Source of the DNA: Setoptus koraiensis
Taxonomy: Eukaryota > Animalia > Arthropoda
Reading direction: 5' to 3'
Assembly: GCA_048013815.1 (NCBI GenBank)
Contig: CM106585.1
Location: 21,762,001-21,826,000, forward strand
Length of the DNA: 64,000 bases
The number at the start of each line of letters is the position of its first letter. Within the stretch, counting starts at the first letter, position 1. The notes under the pieces are model-generated. The model had not been told where the DNA came from. It did not search any database and worked only from the letters and a program-made list of their open reading frames with translations. Of this stretch, positions 53,089-64,000 are shown in pieces. The position numbers and the translations under genes were made by a program.

Positions 53089-53979
53089 ATGACAGCAGTT
53101 AACGAAAAAGTAGTCTTGGTAACAGGATCTAGTGCCGGAATTGGCGAGGCCACTGTTTTGGAGTTTGCCCGTTTGGGCTACAAGGTTGTTGTGCACGGAA
53201 CAAATGAAGACAGAATCAATTCTGTGGCTGACGAATGTGAAAAATTATCACCACACAGTTACAAGGTAACACATCTCGGTAATGACCATTAATTCTAGCC
53301 ACATAGCCAGATACATTATAATTTACAAGCTGCATTTATACTATGCCCATCTTCCATACAGCCCCTGAAAGTAGTGGCCGATCTCAGCAATGAAGCGCTT
53401 GTGCGACAGCTTTTGGAGAAAACTATTGAAAAGTATGGACGTCTCGACGTTCTAGTCAATAACCATGGCTTATACAGAGGATTCAACTTACAAGATGAAA
53501 ACGCCTATGAGAGATATCGACACTTGATGACAATTAATATGGATTCAGTGGTCTTATTAACATCGTTGGCAATTCCACATTTGTTGCAAACAAAAGGAAA
53601 CATTGTCAATGTTTCATCAACAGGTCATCAAAAGCCGTTAGACAAAGGATTTGCCTATTGCTCGGCCAAAGCCGCTCTTACCATGTTCACTAAGTCACTG
53701 GCCATTGAACTGGCACCGCACGTCCGCGTCAACTCCGTGTCCCCCGGACCCGTGGCCACACTAATGCCAACCAGAAGTGGCATGCCGACGGACGTCTTCA
53801 GCAAAATGGTTGGAAGTGCCTGTCTCACTGGACGGGTCGGTGAACCAGAAGAAATAGCCAATCCAATTGTATTTCTTGCCTCAAGTCAAGCCTCTTTTAT
53901 TACCGGAACAGATCTTGGTGTTGATGGTGGCTGCATAATCAAGCCATCAGGCGCCACAATGAACGTTCAGAAAAAATGA
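53089..53979 (+). CDS. Classical short-chain dehydrogenase/reductase (FabG/glucose-dehydrogenase-like), 264 aa, 2 exons
   Basis: Exons 53089-53265 and 53362-53979 (AAG|GTAACA..ATACAG|). TGSSAGIG, LDVLVNNHG, catalytic S and YCSAK, RVNSVSPG, ITGTDLGVDGG. Confidence 0.95.
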
Positions 53980-54157
53980 TGCAATATCAAAACTCTTTTG
54001 ATGTTGATGCAAATTTGAAGATACTAAGAAAAGAACAGGAGAGAAGGAAACGTTGTAAATTCTGAAACAATTATAGTTGAGGTGCCTTTATCTATCTTCA
54101 CCATCCACAATGGTATTTACCCGTTCAGATAACAAGTCCAAGAAATTCGGCAACAAA

Positions 54158-55543
54158 TCATAATTCTATATTTCTACTCAAAATTAATCGTAAACAAGCA
54201 GTGTAGAGTATCGATAATATAATTGATTGGCTAACAATCCAGCACGGACGCTCTCGTGGCGAGCTGCTTCGCACACAGAACTCGTCTCTCTCGAAAACTA
54301 TAATTTCTTGTCCTTTTAAATGAGTTGGTGAGCTACATCTAACCCCTGATATGTGCGTTCTGGCAATCCACTCGAAAAATGGGGATGAACTAAACTCGCA
54401 ACTGCAATTGATCCTATTCATTGCCAGCTCTCTAAGATTCAAAAGAGGTTCTAGTTTCTCTGGTAGATCATTCTCTTGTGTGTCGATAACGATGTCGTTG
54501 TCAGATAAATCTAGCACCGCTAGTTGAGCCAAGTTTTTTACTGCCATAGGGAACCTGTTGAATCTATTGTTCCTAAGACACAAAATTCTAGATTCGTTAT
54601 GATGGATGATGAAGATATAATGTTGATGTAATCTCAGATACGTTCATTCAAATATTACATTTGGTTATCTAGAGTGAAGAAATAGTTGATTGAATTGATA
54701 AAATGCTACTCACTCGAGCGAATCATCTAAGTTATGAAAGGCATCGCCATCCAATGAGGCTATCTCATCGTTGTCTAGTCGCAATTCCTTTAATGACTGC
54801 ATCTCTTGAAAGAAGTTTTGGGGAATATTTGAGATCTTTTCATTGCGAATCTCGAGTCTATAGTCAATAAATGATTTGGATGAAGGCAACGATAATGACT
54901 GATGATTGGCACGTTCAGTGTTAGGAAAAATTCATAGTTGCGTGGGGAAAATTTTACATACTCACATGGTCAAGTTATTCAAAGATTCACTTCCTTCTTT
55001 TAACACCTCCAAATCAATTGATGTATTGGAAATAATCATTCTATGCAACTCGTGCGAGCCCTGAGGCAAATTAGCCAAAGCACTCAAATTGGAATCTTTC
55101 ACTATTAAACTCGTAATATGCTGACCAGTTAACTCAATGTAATGAAATTGTTCGTGTAGTCGTTCGGCATTGATTGCTTGGCATTCTAGTCCAATAGATG
55201 GCCAAAGACCAGCTATAACAAGATTAGGCGATGCAGGATTAAGTGATGGTTGTTGTTGCTGCTGTTGGGTCGGAGAAATACTTCTTGCAACATGATCTGT
55301 TATGGTGACGGTTTTATTATTATTGCTGTTATTTGCTAATAACTGTTGATGATTTTGAACTATTGGTGCTGTTATATTTGGCACAATTATATTGTTCTGT
55401 TCATCAAAATAAGTAAATTTGCAACCATCAACTTCATATATCACCGGTATGGTTTGCATATAAACTCCATTATACCGGTAGTAGATTAATAGTACTAATA
55501 CACCAAACAGACTTGAATCAAAATATTGCTTGTAGGGTGACAT
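54158..55543 (-). CDS. Secreted or membrane-anchored leucine-rich repeat protein with LRRCT cap, ~383 aa, 3 exons
   Basis: Exons 55543-54966, 54857-54714 and 54587-54158, both introns with GTGAGT donors, phases consistent. Signal-like N-terminus. LRRs LEIRNEKISNI, LKELRLDNDEIASL, LCLRNNRF, LAVLDLSDNDI. LRRCT NCSC...W...C..P..LKG..I......FC. Hydrophobic C-terminus (TM or GPI signal). Confidence 0.88.
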
Positions 55544-57512
55544 TAGTTGCAGATGGTAATTATTACTATAGCATATAATTTATACTTGTTTCATCTATTG
55601 TCTACAAAAAATTCTTCCTACCACACAAAGAAATGTAATTCATCAATAGAGGTTCATAAATTATTGAGGTTATTTTAGGTTATCGACTGAATAGGTTCAA
55701 CAATTCAAGATTTCAGACCAATCAAAACTAAACTAATCATACTTGAAACGTATATCTAGAAACTTAGCCTCAACACAGTATACCGGAGCTATCAACAAAA
55801 CTATTTTATTTTGATGTATCAGTTTCTGATAGCAAGCTCATATGCATGTACAGTAAATATCAAGATTGATTGCGGAAAGACAGCACAAATGTTGTTGGGT
55901 GTATCTGTCGATTAAAGTCATGACTGGCTTTATTCATATCTACTTGGATGATCTTTCAACAACGATTGACACTAAATTATCTTAGAATTTATCCCCAAGC
56001 TTTCGCTAGATGGATCTTCTCAAATGGATTTTCCATCTGAGGAATGAAATAATTTTATGTTGATTGACACGATCATTTCTTTCGAATAACTATCTCACAA
56101 TAGTTGTTTATTTTGATCGTCAACTAAAGGTTGTCATTTCAGTTTCGGTTGACATAGTCGGTGTTGGTCTTTTGCAACTGACTAGATCAAGATCAAGACA
56201 TGTTGTTCACAGCTCCAATTCAGTGTGCTTAGTCAAGATTTTAATCTAGCTTAAACAATCACTACATTGTTTACTACTCAATCTCCATTTATCTATTATC
56301 ATACGACAAGTGTTTATTAGAGCCCTTTAATCTTGATAAATCGTTGCACAGACCTGAAATTCTCACACAAGATTATGAAAACTGTATGATAATATTCACC
56401 AGTAATGGTAAACTACGAGACGATTGCGTCATACTTTTGTTCGTCTTTCAAAAGATCGCTGGTAGTATAGTAACTATGATAGCATCAACGCCACCTAAAC
56501 AACAGGCACCGAGATACCGACAACAAATAACAAGAGCTCAAGATTGTTAGAGGTTGTTAAATTGATTCATATAAATCAGTGCCACAAGTGAATTAAATTT
56601 TTCTCCGAAAAAACAATCAATTGGTCTGGTAGTATCGTGCATTATGCGTTGTTTGTGATGCGAGTCTGGCGAAGTTCATTGGTGATCGCCATTTGAATTA
56701 TTTGTAGTTTCAAAATGCTAGACACGAATGGTGGTGGATAATGTTTCAAACACAGCAAATAATGAATGATGATATTATCTGGTTAGAAAGCTTTGGAGAA
56801 GATATAAAAACAAATTAAAACGGATGCTTGGAATGGCCTTGAGAAGCAGACATAAACATCATCGCATGAAATTTGTTGTTTATGCATTTGAGGAACAAAC
56901 AGGATCGGTTGGTAGAATCAACAAGCGCTTGTATATTTGATAGTGATGATGAATAACGATTAAAGCGTCAAAAGCAATTATTTCGCCACTATAGTGATAT
57001 ATGTAGTACAATTGATTTAGACAAACATGGACCGCATTCCTTGCATTGTTACAACTAGGGCATCAATTGCCTCATTACATAACACTGACACTTAAAACAT
57101 GAGAATGTCTTTTAGAAAAACTATCATCATCATTAACATTGACGTCACGTCTGCCATTGCTGCTGTTTTAATAGATGAAAGGGCTCACAAGTCAGACAAA
57201 CAAACAAAAGCAAACAAGTGTCGCTGACTAAATTGGCAACGTTAACCCTTGCCTAAGCCGTCGTTTTGGCGGTAGCGCGCCAACCGGCAGCATCGCCGCC
57301 AGCAACAACAACGACATCCAACCATGTCAGCAACACAGTCGTGGCAGCAACAGCAACAACCACTCCCAGCACTTCCGCCGCGGACGGCGCACTATTAGAC
57401 CGGGCGGGCGGGCGGGTGCTTGCAGACTCAATTCTCGTTCTTTCCCCTTCGCACAATGGAAATTCCACAGCAAACAAAAGCGATCACCTCTAATTGCGTT
57501 GTTGTAAATCTC

Positions 57513-57538
57513 TGTGTGTGTGTGTGTGTGTGTGTGTG
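57513..57538. repeat. (TG)13 microsatellite
   Basis: Read directly from the sequence. Confidence 0.95.
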
Positions 57539-57999
57539 CAGTTCGCAAGTCAGTGCGAACAGAGAGACTCACCCCTTTGCTCCCTTACGCAATCAGCTGT
57601 GATGTTCGTGTCCCCCCTCGGTACGGGCGCTACGCGTGTTCCGGTGGGAGACTGCCGGGGCTGGGAGATTTGGGAGGATAGGAGATCATGGGAAAGGGGT
57701 GGTTTTGGAACAGCACAGAACACTGGAGAATAAAAATTGGAAGCGAGCTGGCCCGGCCCGTCTTCGTTAGCGAGAACGAAATATTGCTGTCATTGCTGCT
57801 GTCGCCATTACAACCATTGTAACCGCTGTCATCATTGCTACTCACATCATTGCTACTATTATCATCATCATCATCGTTATTGTCGCCACCGCCATTTACA
57901 CAAAATAAATAAATTTACCAGCGAGCTTGCCCGGTGCATCTCCATTAGTCACAAAGAAACAGTAATTAATCAGCATTACAATCAGCAAATCCGAATACA

Positions 58000-59048
58000 A
58001 TGGCCAAATCAGAAGCCTCCGAGAAATTGGCGAACGTCATTGGTTCTCAAGATAGAAAATGTATTAACAAACAATACAATGAGTGGGCGGACACCTACGA
58101 ACAAGTAAGCTGATGATTCCGTGCAAGCGGATGCTCACCGGCAAAACAAAAACTACACTAAAATTTCACAAATTTCCCCAAATTTGCTCTCCTACCATGT
58201 GTGTCAATTCTACTAACCGCCAATTTGTTTTTGCACACAGGACATGGCCACAGTATCATACATCGGCCCAAAGAAGCTGCTAGAATTCCTGGACAAACTC
58301 GGCATACCTAAAGATGGCAAAATCTTGGACGTTTGCTCTGGCACAGGTAAGTGTCAAGCGGTAATCAGTGCTCTTGCATGATTATGTAAATTTACAATTG
58401 CCAAAATAATGCCCGTCGATGGCTCACTTGTACTCTCAATATCACCAACGACCACACCATTTTAGGCGCCCTCGGCAGGGAACTCGTCAAGCATGGCTAC
58501 TCGCACCTGCACGCTATTGATGGCGCCCAAGAGATGCTTGCCAAGGCAAAAGCGGAAAACAACTACGAGAGCTACACTCACTTGCTATTTGAGCCAGGCA
58601 CCAAACTTCCTTTCGAAGACAACGAATTCGACGCTGTTCTATTAGCTGGCGCTTTTGCGCCTGGTCACCTGCCGATAGTGGCCCTCGAGGAGATTGTTCG
58701 AATAAGCAAAAAAGGTAAGTCGCAAGTTGTTATAAGCCATTCAGTGACTGAAATTTCCGTCCTGCCGTTAGTCATTCTAATCGCTACTCAATGTACGATT
58801 GTTTCATCAATGCTTAATACCTCATTAATGGTTATTCTCCAGGTGCTGTCGTGGCGTGGATAAGCTGCGATCCCCTCCATTATCAGGATATGGATGAACA
58901 GTACGCAGACAATGGCTTCCATAAGCTTCTCGATAGCATTAAAGCAAGAGGTTTGTGGAAGGAGCGAGATGGTTTTCCCATCAGAGTGCCCTACATTGAA
59001 TATAGCGACGGCTATGTGATGGCATTCGACATAACCAAAGGAGAATAA
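58000..59048 (+). CDS. METTL27: Class I SAM-dependent methyltransferase, METTL27/WBSCR27-like, 221 aa, 4 exons
   Basis: Exons 58000-58104, 58241-58346, 58466-58714 and 58843-59048; GTAAG donors and phases all consistent. YNEWADTYEQD, ILDVCSGTG, LVKHGYSHLHAIDGAQEML, FDAVLLAGAFAPGHL, EIVRISKKG. Confidence 0.85.
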
Positions 59049-59920
59049 GGCGCTAACATGATGACCAATCATCATCAACATTATCGCATACGGTGATGAT
59101 AGATAGACAAACGAAACGAAAATTGATTTAGGTGCGCGATTAATGAAAACGTATTATTAAACTGTAGAAGTCTCTCTACCTTACATCGATAAGGATAATA
59201 AAGGATTTCCGGCCTCAAAGGCTAATCTAGACATCGATGCGTCCATTATATAACTGTCTGTTAGTGATATCTTCCCTCACAACAACCACTGATATTCGTT
59301 GCAATAAGTCCAACGTTGCACTATCGCTGCATCTCATTTTTCTGCTTCGTTGCGATTAGTGTGCTAGAAAAAACGTTTTTGACGCGTATATTCAATGTAT
59401 AAAATTTTCTGTCACTTTTTGCAAAAGTGTTTTGAACCACTTTTGTATTAGAGTCACTTTAGTACAGTGCGAGAAGTGGAGAACAGTTCGAGTTCTCTCC
59501 AGCACATTGTCACCCGCAAAATTGTCCATTGTGATAATGGCATTATCAGTGATAATTTATCACATTTAAACGGAGCGCCTAGCTAAACTACGTTTGTTAC
59601 GCCATCTGCCCATTCAGGGCGTAGATGTGGCGCGCAAAACTTGTGTTGCCTTCCAATGTTACATTCTTCCCTAAATCAATATCTATATTCGTGTGGTTGA
59701 TTAGTCATGGATTTCTCATGATCGGATCACTGATTGACTTTTTAGATAAGGTGGAACTCCAACCTGGAAATGATTGTAAAAATCATCTAAATAGTGATTG
59801 TTGGTGGAAAATCACTCGTCGCAACCATTTCATTTTGCCAGATCGCACATTTTCATGTGCGACCAGTAGAAATACATAAGTATGAATAATAATGAATATG
59901 GTCTCGGATTGAAAGCCAAT

Positions 59921-62900
59921 ATGAAGTATATAATTTGCATAAATTTTCTTCTTCTTTGTTTGGTATTCCCCAAAGATGATTACTGTTGCGATGCAGCCAA
60001 GGGTTGGTAAAAACACGTCTTCCACAGACAAGCAACAGAGTGTACCTCGGTAGAGACATTTATCACCAATACTGTCACTAACACTAAGCACATCTTTCAT
60101 TATTGTTTTGTTAAAATTAGACATCATGCCAGACATTAGAAATATCATAGAAAAGAATGGCTTTTATCATATATATTCACAGGTGACATCCATGAGTCGA
60201 TCAGACACTGGCAAAGTAGCTCAGGTAAATTTTATGTTGGCACATACACCAGCAGAAGTTGATTATAATCGAACTAACTGTTGTATCATCTTACACAAAA
60301 TCAAAAGCAGCAAAGTTCTCACACAATAGAAGAATGGGTAGATTTGAAGCACAACCGGGCAAGAGTAGATATAAAGAAGGCCTCGCAAGAGTCGGTATTT
60401 TTATTCTTAGATAATGGTCTCGCCTATCATTATTTTCCATATAGATGCAATTATGTTAAGAAAGTTCAGCAAGTAATAGAAAATTCAATATATCCAGGTT
60501 TCGGCGGTGTAAATTTCACTGGCGGACACAATAGTAACTTTGGTGTCGGTCAACTGTGGGTCTACGTTTCATCGTTGATCGACAAGGTAGGTAACTTTTC
60601 AAGCCTTTACAACCTATTTGTCGATGCATTAACTCAAATTGAATGATTATTGAAGCAGTTGATCCAAGAGGGTTTTTTGATTTTATATGGATATCTAGAA
60701 ATTTGTTGAGACAGATTCAGACAATAGTAAGACACCAGAAGTGGCCGATTCTGTTTGGTTCGCCAACAAACATTGGCAAGTTGATGATGATGTATACAGA
60801 TATCATTTATTGTTCAGAGGTAAGTTATAACAGGTGACACAGGTCGTGCAGCAACTTTTTTGAACGATTAAATTCAACCCAGTAATTTTCTCTCCACTGG
60901 ACTATAGACAAAACTGTTCTACACGAGCTTACCATCACCAATAAAACTACTAATGGATTGGTTTTGAGTATATTTGTGGCCGACATTAACTGGCATTTTG
61001 GTAATATAACTGAGCAAAACAACCATGACAATGGTTTTGATGAACAGATCTTCAAAATTCCAGCAGGATTTGGTTGTTCATTATACAGTAGCACCGCCTA
61101 CCCGATCAAGAGTACTAAATATTCGCTCGGTGACATTGTTTCTGCTCCTATGTTCGCCATCAATCTAGAGCTAGATGTATACAAGATTAATTTGGTTGCA
61201 GATATAGAGCAGTTTGATCCAGTTTCAGAAATGCGCTCAATCAATTTACTATACAAGAAGAGTATAGATGCTTTTCTAGGCTATGACATTATCATTTCAT
61301 ATGATCTAGACAGTAAGAGCACCTTGTATGATTCAAATGCAAAAACTGTCTTAGATTATACAACCAAATTAAAGTACAAAATTGACATAGCAAATGGACG
61401 ATGCGAACGTGGTATGATTCATGGACGATACTTAGGTGATGAAAATTTGACAATCAATCTGAACGACAAACTAAGAATAACCTCAGCTCAATTCCTGGAC
61501 TTATTCTTAGAAGACGAAGACTTCCACTTCATAAATAGATACAGAATCTCTGGCGGCATTGATATTGTAGAATTTGAAAAGATGATTGACAATCTAGATT
61601 TGGGTGAGATAGCGGGACCGGCGTCCATAGTTAGAACATATCGCAGTATAAACAACCGATACTCTCAAATTCACTTGGATGAAGCACAAGCAAATCAATT
61701 ATCAGATGTAAAAATTACAATATTTGATAAAATCAAAGAGCACATACAGATTATGATGGTGGCTAGAGTGAGCATCCTGGAGAAAGTACCCTTAGAGAAT
61801 TTTATGATAGAGGCAAACATAGAAGGGTGCTTTAAATTAGAGGAAAGTCAATCTAAGAAGATCTCAGTCAGATATCCTGTTCAAGATGATCAGTTAGACA
61901 GAGTTAAAACTTTCGAGAGCTCTATGCGTGAACAAATGAGAATGGCCCTGACGAAAGAATTCCACATAAGTCCTCTACAGGTATCTCATATAGAGATAGA
62001 TCTTGATGAGGACGGTTTGTTGGCGCATTTGACACTCTTGGACAGGCCCAGAGTTATAGATTTTGGGCAATTATATCCAAGTAACGTTATTATTGATGAG
62101 TTAGCGTCCAAAGGTAGAAAATATCTTGGAGTAGAGAGTTTAGATAGTTGCTCTCAGTGGTGTCTTTATTATGATTGTTCTCTATTGTCGTACTGTGAAA
62201 GCGAAAACTATTGCATTGTACTACCTTATGGTTCTGTGTATATAGATCCGAAAAAGCCACATTATCAAGCGAATCCAGGTTGTGACTCATATAAAATAGA
62301 AAGAGCTAATTCCGATTTCATAAGAGATCTACTATCATTGAACAACTTAATTATATCAATCTGTAACAAAACTAGCAATTTGGATAATCGACCATTCCTC
62401 TCTATGCAAATTGATGACAAATTGGCGCCGCCTATTCAACTAAACCCCATTGAATGTTTGGAATCGGATGATTCAATTTCGCAAGTTTTTGATCACAGAC
62501 AAGATCTTTATGAAATGGATGTACATTTTTCGGAACTTATGCACGGACACAAGCTGTTGAAATCTGATAAGAAAACATTGGAAATAATACCCTCCAGCTA
62601 TGATTTATGCAAATCAGCTTGCATAGAAAATCAGTGTCTGGTATTCAGTTACTGTAGTGAGAAATCTCAATGTTTGATTCAAGTGAACGAACTCAAGATG
62701 GCACGTGTTGAAGATATTCTATCATTAGTAGAGGAATCTTCTCATTGCAGCATCATACAGATGGAGCCTTTGTCATTGTTCGATAAGTACATTTGGATAG
62801 AGGAACCAACTGATTACGATAGATTGGTTTTGGTGAATGATGAGATCGAATGCGCTCAAAATTGTTTAGGTTACATCGAAAAAGATGCAACGACTATTCC

Positions 62901-63621
62901 TGAACAGAACAACCAGACCAAAAGCAACCGAGAGCGTTGTTATTCGTTTGATTTATGTTGGCACAATACGGTACCGAATCCTGATCAAGATTCTGCTTGG
63001 ATAAAATGTTACCTAAATTATCACTGGAGCAGAATAAAATCTGACCCCATGGAGAAGGATCGAAGTCACGGTAACCCAGTAACTATCGGTGCGCAATCAG
63101 AGCCCAACTCAGAATCTAAGTGTATGAGGTACCAAAGAACAATCTTAAAGAATTTTGAGATATATGAACATAAAACATTTGATCTGGAATCGAGAGAGTT
63201 CTCAGGTAAAGTATCAATATTAGAGTTACATATTAGTGATGTTCATTGTGGTAAAGTGTGCAATGACAATCCAGCTTGCAGTGCATTCGCAAGTTGTTTT
63301 GATGAAACAAGAAAAACCGATAAATGTCTGATTTACGAATCTTCAAACGAGAGATTGCGCCACAAATTGATCCATTCGGACAAATGCATTGTTCACATTT
63401 TAGCCGACAATGGCAACATGAACGTTCATGATAACCAACCCGCAATTGATGAACAAAACAACAACGACAACAGAACAGCAGACAATATAAGTGGATTGGA
63501 CTTGTCGTGGTTTATTGGACTAAATATCTTATTCGTTTGGATAGGTGCAGTGAGTGCATTAACGTTTGTTACGTTTCTCCGGCAAGGTAGCACGAGGAGA
63601 TGCCGAGGCGGCAGCCACTAA
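59921..63621 (+). CDS. Large type I membrane glycoprotein (~1099 aa): signal peptide, two related N-terminal beta-rich repeats, about four PAN/apple-like Cys modules, C-terminal TM
   Basis: Exons 59921-60002, 60121-60224, 60308-60586, 60699-60819 and 60908-63621, phases consistent. Signal MKYIICINFLLLCLVF. Repeated C...C......C..FSYC/FDLC......C modules (CSQWC..CSLLSYC, CKSAC..CLVFSYC, CAQNC..CYSFDLC, CGKVC..CSAFASC). TM WFIGLNILFVWIGAVSALTFVTFL. The first donor (GTTGGT) is weak. Confidence 0.8.
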
Positions 63622-64000
63622 ACAGATTGCGACACAAATTGCGAAATAAATATCAACCACATTACATAAGAGGTATCAAACAAGATATAAGTGATGAGAT
63701 GATATAGTATGATCAAGGGGTACAGTATGAAGTGATTGGCAGGATATTTTCACATAAGTGTTTGTTGTTCCACAATGCGACAGTGAACTGACAAACGTGA
63801 AAGCAGCGGAACAAAAACAGTGTAGAGTCAGTGAAATGTTGAAAACAACGGTGGCTGTGTCCAGTGTCAGTGTCAGTGTCACTGATTTCACGGTAGAGGG
63901 CAACTCGTCTTGGGCGCATCGGAATTTGTACCGTGTGCGTTTTTGGCAATGTCCCTAAGGAGTTCTTTTTTTCTCTGCCAGGGGCGCAGCAGGCGGACTA

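Noticed and set aside
63890-64000. Minus-strand open frame VRLLRPWQRKKELLRDIAKNAHG...* running off the window edge
   Set aside because: Too short and truncated by the window to support as a CDS.

Overview
Eukaryotic genomic DNA with GT-AG introns and a Pol III tRNA, probably arthropod and possibly a mite (inference from gene content and Asn/Gln-rich low-complexity proteins). It has three zones. (1) 1-4940: an aperiodic purine-skewed tract and then a pyrimidine tract, most likely a low-quality contig end; its ORFs are compositional artefacts. (2) ~5-41.9 kb: gene-poor. It holds the 3' exons of a class A GPCR with a ~750-aa third intracellular loop, many micro/minisatellites, several nested perfect palindromes, and a GC/CpG-rich repeat-dense segment at ~27-35 kb. 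(3) ~42-63.6 kb: gene-dense, with introns mostly 83-136 nt. It holds a lectin-CUB-sushi membrane protein whose tail continues past an in-frame stop, tRNA-Leu(CAA), an intronless TDRD12/BoYb-like Tudor pseudo-helicase, an AP5M1-like gene apparently lacking its cargo-binding domain, an SDR, an LRR protein, a METTL27-like methyltransferase and a PAN/apple-domain type I membrane protein. I see no evidence of a wholly new multi-gene system. The strongest leads are the stop-bypass tail, the truncated AP-5 mu gene, the giant GPCR loop, a candidate unannotated 3-exon micro-gene and the nested palindromes. Family assignments come from motif recognition and memory, not database searches.
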